Source: Piromyces finnis finn
Taxonomy: Eukaryota; Fungi; Neocallimastigomycota
Assembly: GCA_002104945.1 (NCBI GenBank)
Contig: MCFH01000020.1
Coordinates: 744,001 to 808,000 of the forward strand
DNA: 64,000 nucleotides
Direction of reading: 5' to 3'
In this document: positions 56,026 through 64,000 of the stretch, piece after piece
Numbering within the stretch: position 1 is the first letter of the stretch
Layout of the letters: each line of letters begins with the position of its first letter
Made by a program: the position numbers and the translations under genes
The notes under the pieces: model-generated
The model's input: only the letters and a program-made list of their open reading frames with translations
What the model was told of the DNA's origin: nothing
The model's database searches: none

Positions 56026-56059
<34 letters not shown>

Positions 56060-57071
56060 CAAAATGCTGTGCAAAATAATAAGAAATCAGTTGGTATGGA
56101 AGACGTATATGATCCAAAATTCCCAAATGAATATGAAGTATATAAAAAAGAAAAAAAAATGAAAAAGCGAATGGAAAAGGAAAGACGAGAAATGGAAAGG
56201 CAAATGGAAAAAGAAAGACGTCATAATCATCATCATCATAGTCATCATAGTAAATATTTTTGTTTAATAATTATTTTTAATTTCATATTAAACAGAAAAT
56301 AAATGTTTATACTAAATAATCAACATATACAATATAAAATTATAATAGACTCACCGCCTTCACAACCTATACCACAACCTGTTATACAACAAGCACCAAA
56401 TGTACAAAATAAAGATATATCAGGAGAAGAAGCTTACTTGATGAGAGCTCGCTTATCAGCAAAACCTGTTCAACCCACACCAAGTAAATATAAATATTAC
56501 AAATAATGGTGTTTTGAAAAAATATATTAATAGATAATTTATTAATAAAAAAAATATGATATATTTCACAGTGGCTCAACCAAATATTATACCAAGTAGA
56601 GTTGTTTTATTAACAAATTTAGTTGGTGCAGGAGAAGTAGATGATACCTTACAAGAGGAAACAGCTGAAGAATGTCAAAAATACGGAGGTTAGAGAAATT
56701 GCTATATATAATGAAAATAGTTGACAATCATATATTAACGATTATAAAATTTCTTTATATCTGACATAAATATATATAGAGGTTAAAACATGTTTAATTT
56801 ATGAAGTTAAGGGTAATGTACAAGATGATGAAGCTGTAAGAATATTTATTAAATTTGGAAAAATAGAAGAAGCTGCAAAAGGTAATGATAATAATTTTTA
56901 TATTCAAAATTTATAAATATATTAATTAAAACCATTTGTTGATAATGAATAAAATTAGCTTTTGGAGCATTAAACGGTCGTTTCTTTGGTGGACGCAAAG
57001 TTAAAGCTAAATATTTTGATGAAAATAGATTTTCTAAACTAGATTTGGCACCAAAACCAGGAGAGATTTAA
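55119..57071 (+). CDS. RBM17: Splicing factor 45 (SPF45/RBM17), UHM-type RRM at C-terminus, no visible G-patch
   Basis: MASLYGDLPPP start, YDPKFPNEYEVYK (SF45 motif), SGEEAYLMRARLS, then SRVVLLTNLVGAGEVDDTLQEETAEECQKYG..EAVRIFIKF..LNGRFFGGRKVKAKYFDE (UHM with RFFGG motif). Confidence 0.92.
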
Positions 57072-57614
57072 ATATAATCAAAAATAATAGTTGAAATTAA
57101 TAATACTATTTCTACACCTAAAACTTTGAGAAAAACCATGAAATAAAATAATTGTAGTTTTCTTTTGTATTTTGATATTTTAATATATTTTTATCAATAA
57201 AATTTATCATATTAATAAAAATTATAAAACAACATATTATGTTATTATAATTCATTTGAAATTTTATGTTTATTTAATTTTATTGATATTCTAGAATTAA
57301 ATTGAATAAAAAAATAAAAAAATAAAATAAAATAAAATAATAAAATAATAAAAAAAATATTAATAAAAATAAATATTAATAATAATAATAATATATATAT
57401 TGTTTATAAAAAAAAAATGGAATTATTAAATAGTAAGTTATAAAAGAAATAGAAACAGAAATGGAATAAAAAAAAAAAGTAAATGAAAATTAACTATAAA
57501 AGTGTAATAAAATAAAATAATTCCTAAAAACTATAATTATAGTTTTTAGGAATTATTTAATATTTTCATTTCCAAAAATATAAAAACTACTTAATCTAAT
57601 TAAATTATTACTGT

Positions 57615-59083
57615 TTAATTGGATATTTTTAAAGTTTTGCGAGATGATTTTTGTGTTGATGATGAGAAAAGGGAAGTGTTATCATTGGTACCAATAGATT
57701 TAGAATTTTTTGATTCAATAACTTCTTCTGCATTTGAGGCCTCTATATGACTACTTTCATTGATATGGCTTGATGTCTTTGATTTATTAACTTCAGATGA
57801 GGCATAATATTTTTTGATTCTGCCATCATAGTCATCTATCTTTTTAATTTCCATTGGGGCATCATCTATTGATTCATTGTTTAAATTCATTTCAAAATCT
57901 TCATCATCCATGACTCTCTTTAATGCATTAGAATACATCTTTGAACTCTGGGTGTTTTCATTAGCTTGTTTTGATATTAAAGGTATTTGTTTTAAATTTT
58001 CTAATAACAAATATAATAATAACAATCTATTTTAGTAAAATATAATAATAATATAAAAATTATAAACTAATAAATAAAATACCTTTAATTTCTTTATTTT
58101 GTTTTAAAGAAAATGGTGATAAATTATTTAATACTGAGTTTGTGTAATTTGGTTGATTAATTTCAGAATTAGCTACGCTCTCATCGATTTCATCACTAAA
58201 ATTATTATATATATAAATATAAAAAATTAAATAATTATTTCATAAAATAAAATAAATATATATATTTATCCACAAATAAATAAAATAAAAAAAATAAAAA
58301 ATTGAATGAATAAAAATTATGAAGACATACATAATTAAATTTGTTTCTGAAATTGATGGCGGTAAAATGAATGGACCTGATTGAGAACTTTTAGTTGAAC
58401 CTGATAACATTTGACTCTTTAATGCCTTTAATAATAATTTTTCATCATATTCGCTTGCATCATGAATTAAACTTGATGCAGAAAGTGGTACTGGATTTTC
58501 TTTTTATAAGTAAATTATAATAATTTATACAAATTTAACAAAATTCAATAATAGTTTTTTCAAAAATAAAAATTAATTAAATAATTAAAAATTATTAAAC
58601 TTTTATTTTTGTTTATTTATTTTATTATACTACCTTTCTCAGTAGGAATTGGAACATCACTATTATTATTATCAATATCCATTGCATCATCATTTAATGA
58701 ATTATTCAATTTCTCTTCTTTTTCAATTTCTAACATAGTACGTTGGACCTTTGGTAACAAAAGTTTTAAATTTTGAATAAGAGCTTCTCTTTCTTCTTGG
58801 TGAGTATCATTAATGAAAATTCCAGATGCTTTATTTTCTTCATAGAGCTTTATAGCTTCAATATATTTACCATGATATATGTAATACATTAATAAAAAGT
58901 CTCTACATAACTTTTTATTTGATTCCTTTGTATATCTTACTAATTGTGCCTCTTCTTCTTTATTATATGGAAATTTACGAATCTTATTTATTAAAGAACT
59001 ATTTGGTATTTCTAGAATTTTAATTCAGAATAGGTTTTATAATTATAAAAATTAATATGATATTAAATATTTTATAAATCATA

Positions 59084-59114
<31 letters not shown>

Positions 59115-60609
59115 TTTGATAATATATATATATATAAGGATAATGACACCAACCTTCTTCAAAACAATATTTTAAAAAGAATGTAAATAAATTAGATCCT
59201 TCTTTATTCTTGAAATAATTATATCTTCTCTATAAATAATTATTTTTTAATGAAAAACATTAAACATTAATGGTTTTATTATATAACTAAATAATTTATA
59301 AGATATAAAAAATATATATAATAAATTACTTGGAATAAGAAAGCATCTAAAATATTTGTCTTTAAATAAAGTTTCATTTGAAGCTCAATACCAATATCGG
59401 AAGTTATTGATGTTTTAGTGATTTGAATAAAACGACATGCTTCGTTATAATACTTTTGATCAAATAAGAGTTGAATAATTTTTTCTGGCCAATCAATTTC
59501 AATTAATGGATTCCATAAATAATTAAATGCTTCCTGTTATATATTTGAAATAATAGAGTATTTAGAAAAAAAAAAATAAGTTCATACATGATTTTTTTAT
59601 TAATAATAAAAGCATAAACATACTTTTATGTTTTGATGATCTAAAGCCCAGTAACCATTGATAGCAATTAAATACTGTGGCAAAATAGACCATTGTTGAG
59701 CATATTCTTCATAATTGCAATTTAAATCTTTTAATACATAGTATATCTACAGTTTAAAAAAAATATTAACATTAATATTATAAGATAATTTGTAATAGTT
59801 GTTAAATATTAGTGCATACAATGCAATGGCCAGTAATATGATATGTATCATTTTTAAATAATTGATTTTGAACTTCTTTTAAATCATCATAAGTATTAAA
59901 TGGATATCTTACATCTACGTTTATATATAAAAAAATTAGTTATATTAGGATATTAATATTATCATTTTTAGATACATTTAAATATAAATTTACCTATATC
60001 CATTGTTTCTAATAATAATTCAATAAATAATTTAGAATCATGCATTTTTTCTCTTACAATATTAATTGAATTTTTTTGTTCTTCAGTATATAAGGATGGA
60101 GCTTCTCTTAATTCTTGTGGTATATTTGCCCTTGGTATCTATTTTTTAATATTATATTATTATTTATTATTCATTTTTATGTTTCAATTTTATTTACTAA
60201 AATTCTTATTTTTAAATTATTTAAAACAATTTATTAACTTTATATTATCTTTACTTTTAAACTAGCAGTTTGAGAATATTCATCATCTGTATAACCAATA
60301 TATTTAGTTAAATATAATACATCACAGCAGATTCCATTAGAATATGAATTAATATCCTATTTAAATATAAATACATATAAAGGTAAATACAAAATTAACA
60401 TGTTTGTTTCTTTATTTAATAATTCATAATTTTAAACATTAATTACCAAGACTCTTAATGATACAGCAGTTGTTGCTGGTGTAAAGTATGTTTGAGTAAT
60501 ATCAATTTCAGAAACTTCTCTCATAATTTCTATAGATATAACCTTTAATACAGTTTTTGATTTATGAATATAAACAATATATAAAAATAATTCATCTTTT
60601 ACATAATGA

Positions 60610-60640
<31 letters not shown>

Positions 60641-62521
60641 TAAAATAAAATTAGGTAAATGATTTACTAAATATGATGATCAAATATTTTTATATATTTA
60701 TTCATAATCATACTTACTTGATGATAATGAAACACTTTCAATCTTCCCTGGTGTGTTTGGAAAATCAATACTTGAAATAGTTTCATCCGTTAAATTTAAA
60801 ACACTTACATAAATACTTTTATTTCATAATGTTGTCAACATATATATATGTGTGTGAATTTTTTATATATTAGAAATCTTTCTTTTCTTTAATAATATAA
60901 AAATAATAAAAAAAAAATTACTTTCTAGAATAATCAAATTCTGTATAAGAACCACTAGCAACAAAAAGTTTCTTATTTTTATATATAATTGAACAAACTG
61001 AGGCTTTAATATATAAATTAAAATACAAAAAAAATATATATTAATAAATTTATATTTTTATATGTAACATTAATAATATCAACTTACATAAAATATCAGA
61101 TGTAGAATATTCTTTATTCATTTCTAATGATGTATTTAATTCATTATCAACAACAAGATAGTAAGAAATGATTTTTCCTTGAGTAAATCCAGCAAATAAA
61201 ATTGGATGATTTTCTTCAATGCAAGTTTCTAATGCAGAAATCTTTATTTTAATTAAACAAAAATATTTAATAAAATTATATTGAAATTTATTTAAATTTT
61301 AATTTTAATTTTTTTTTTTTTAATATTACATTTCCATTTTCTTCATCAATTTTATAGAAAGACCAAGAATTCTATTAATTTTATATAATTTTGAATTAAT
61401 TAAATTTCATTTGCTTGACTTTTTTTCTATATGATAAAAAATACCTTTTCTAAAATAATTGAATTGCTTCTAATTCTTCTTGGAATTTGTAATAAATCTG
61501 AAACAATTTCATTTGAAGATGTACTCATAATAATAAAATGGTACATAATATCTGAGCTTTCAATACCATTCTATATTTAATTAAAAATACAAGTATAATG
61601 ATTTTAATTTTAAAGATTTTTAAATCATTTCTTTTTAAATTTTCATTATTTTAAAGCTTTATTCGATATTAAATATAGTTAATTACAATATCAAAAGAGT
61701 CCGAAACTTTGAGTTTAGTGATTTTAGCATTAAATGTATTTCCAACTTTAACTGTGATTTTTATTAATGGATCAAAAATAAATAATTCTGAATTTTGATT
61801 ATTATCTTCCACACATACAACTAAAAGATATTTATTTCCTGATAAAACGACGGTAACTTGAGTAAATGATTTCTGTTTGTAGTTCCATTATGATTTATCC
61901 AAAAAGGAATTATATTACATTTATATATAAATAAGTATTTAACAAAAGAAAAAAAAATAACATTAGCATTACTTATTACAATATATTATTAACTAATTTA
62001 AAATGTAAATTGATTATTTCATTCAATTTCCTTTTCTTTTTATTGTTATCGTTGTTGTTTCATATTAAAAGTAAAAAATATATTATTATGAGATTTCTTC
62101 TTTATTTTGAAAATACTATTTTTTAAATTTAAGTGTATTATATTTTAAATTATATAAATAATATTCAATGCTTTTTAAAAAATTGCTTTTGAATTCATTT
62201 TAAGTTTATTGTAATATTTCTTTGGTGGTTTATTCAACATATAAATAATTTATTAAAGCTTCGTAATATAGCTATTATATATATTAATTGATTATTAATA
62301 TTTTTACATCACTTTACATTTTGATGATAATTTTGTAAATTTTCAATTGGTAAAAAAGCCATAACTTCTGAGGAACGAAGATCTCTTATTTCAATAAAAG
62401 TCGAATCCCATCTATAGCACCAATCTGCATCATTAGATTTATTGAATCCTCCATCATGTTCGCATTTTGGATCAAATATATGCTTTATTGTTTTAAATTC
62501 ATTAACATCTGCTTCTATCAT
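57615..62521 (-). CDS. ELYS: Nucleoporin ELYS (AHCTF1/MEL-28-like): N-terminal beta-propeller-like region, ELYS helical domain, short disordered tail; many exons
   Basis: Phase-consistent splicing gives IYYVLKDL..YAQQWSILPQYLIAINGYWALDHQNIK/EAFNYLWNP..WPEKIIQLL (ELYS domain pattern), preceded by a long beta-strand-rich region. The start codon at 62521 is inferred because no ATG lies between it and the upstream gene. Confidence 0.82.
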
Positions 62522-62929
62522 CTTGATATATTGCTATTTTATAAAATAACTATATATAGCTTATCTATACAAAATGATAAATATATTTAAAAATATGAAA
62601 AAAAAAAAAAAAAAAATAAAAATATATAAAAAAAATTTTAAATAAATCAAAAAAATTTTATTATATAATAAATTTTTATATAGTAGTAAAAATATTAATA
62701 ATTCCAGTAAGATTTTTAAATTTTATTATTTTATATTTCAATTATTAATTTTTACAATTATTTATAATATAATAGATACACCTATTAAATATGTTAAAAT
62801 ATAAATGTTTAAATTTTACTATATATGATAGTTTTTTTTTTTTTTTTTATTACTTATTTTTTTTTTATTATTAAATAATAGTTAATATTAAAATATATAT
62901 ATTGAAAATCAGTAAATTTATTATATTTG

Positions 62930-64000
62930 TTAAGTTGATTTCATTAACTTTTTAAGTTCTTCTTTTGTATCTTTTTGTTCTTGTCGAAGAGATTCAGGTA
63001 AGAAATTTATAATAGAAACAAGGCGTTCTTTTTCCTTACTAAGATAATTAGTAATGTATTCTAAACGTTTGTTTCTTTCTTCCATTTTTTGCACATATCC
63101 ATATTTAACATCATCATAAATACGATTTGACCTTCTTTTAATAGTATTATTTTCAATATTTTCTAACCTTTCTCTCTTTAATAATTCATCCATTTCAAGA
63201 TAACGTGACTTCATGTTCTCTTTAATCAATACTTCCTGAGTTATAATATCTTTAGTGAACTTTAAGTTTTTAATTAACCAATCGTTTTCTTTCACCTTTT
63301 TAACATAGTCATTCTTATAAAATTCAGTGTTTTCTTCTAATTCATTTATTTTTTTGGTATATTTTAATATTTCATCATGTTTTTCCTTAACATAAGCATC
63401 ATGCTCATCCTTTAGTTTAGTTAGTTCTCCTAATACATCATTAATTTTCATATTTAAAGAATTATATTTTCTTTGTGAATCGTCTTTCTCACTCTCAAGT
63501 ATCTTAATTTGAGATTCATAATTTTCTATTTCTTGTTCCTTTTGTTTTATTGTATTTTCTAAATTAATATTTTGCTCCTTGATTTCCTCATAATCTTCTG
63601 GATAAATTTCATTATTACTATTCTGAAGTTGCTCCTGAACTTCCTTTTCAATAATTTCTTCAATCTTTTGCTTTTCTTTTTGAATTTGAATTTCTTTCTC
63701 TTCAAAAATATGTTCCTTTTCTTCAATAATTTTCTCATATTTTTCCTTCATATTTTTAATTTGTTCACTATTTTCACTATTTTTTAATTTAAGAAGATTA
63801 TATTCTTCTGTTTTTTTATTATTTTTTTCTTTCAATATTTTGATTATTTCTAATAACTGTTTTTTTTCTTTTACTTCTGCTGCTTTTCCTTGATTATTTT
63901 TACGTATATAATCATTGAAAGACTTCTTCAAATCAGAATTCATTTTTTTTATAGTAGTATAATCAATACTCATTTTAGCATTGTTAACAATATCTTTAGC
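62930..64000 (-). CDS. Coiled-coil protein, 3' part only (ORF stays open to the window edge)
   Basis: The frame of ORF 62930-63973 continues without a stop to 64000 (AKDIVNNAK-M). It is rich in E/K/N heptads with no recognisable domain. Confidence 0.7.
   Translation of the reverse strand, partial: AKDIVNNAKMSIDYTTIKKMNSDLKKSFNDYIRKNNQGKAAEVKEKKQLLEIIKILKEKNNKKTEEYNLLKLKNSENSEQIKNMKEKYEKIIEEKEHIFEEKEIQIQKEKQKIEEIIEKEVQEQLQNSNNEIYPEDYEEIKEQNINLENTIKQKEQEIENYESQIKILESEKDDSQRKYNSLNMKINDVLGELTKLKDEHDAYVKEKHDEILKYTKKINELEENTEFYKNDYVKKVKENDWLIKNLKFTKDIITQEVLIKENMKSRYLEMDELLKRERLENIENNTIKRRSNRIYDDVKYGYVQKMEERNKRLEYITNYLSKEKERLVSIINFLPESLRQEQKDTKEELKKLMKST

Noticed and set aside
59135-59150. Minus-strand TTATCCTT in an ELYS intron as a second U12 donor
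   Set aside because: Not at the exon boundary and not RTATCC; a phase-correct GT donor and AG acceptor explain the intron. Other ATCCT hits (42689, 48560, 59947) are also not at junctions.

Overview
This is an extremely AT-rich, intron-dense eukaryotic genomic window. Composition, short GT-AG introns, fungal gene families (Yrb30, Uds1) and a motile-flagellum gene (CFAP100) point to a zoosporic early-diverging fungus, most likely an anaerobic gut fungus (Neocallimastigomycota); this is an inference. By splicing exons by hand I can support 14 protein-coding genes: ATG13, SF3B2/CUS1, CFAP100-like, YRB30, PINCH (5 LIM domains), capping protein alpha, a large unidentified helical-repeat protein with a 12-aa tandem repeat, a Uds1-domain coiled-coil protein with an RD-rich N-terminus, RPC5/POLR3E, a PH-domain protein, endonuclease V, SPF45/RBM17, ELYS, and a 5'-truncated coiled-coil ORF. 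I saw no tRNA, rRNA, CRISPR array or recognisable transposase. The best signals concern splicing and retained ancestral features: a textbook U12-type AT-AC intron at 30150-30267 that restores the reading frame; 3' splice sites preceded by A-tracts instead of pyrimidine tracts, including a 26-A run in SPF45; a PINCH orthologue; and animal-like full-length ELYS and RPC5. All gene models and family calls are manual, from remembered family motifs, and are not backed by any database search.
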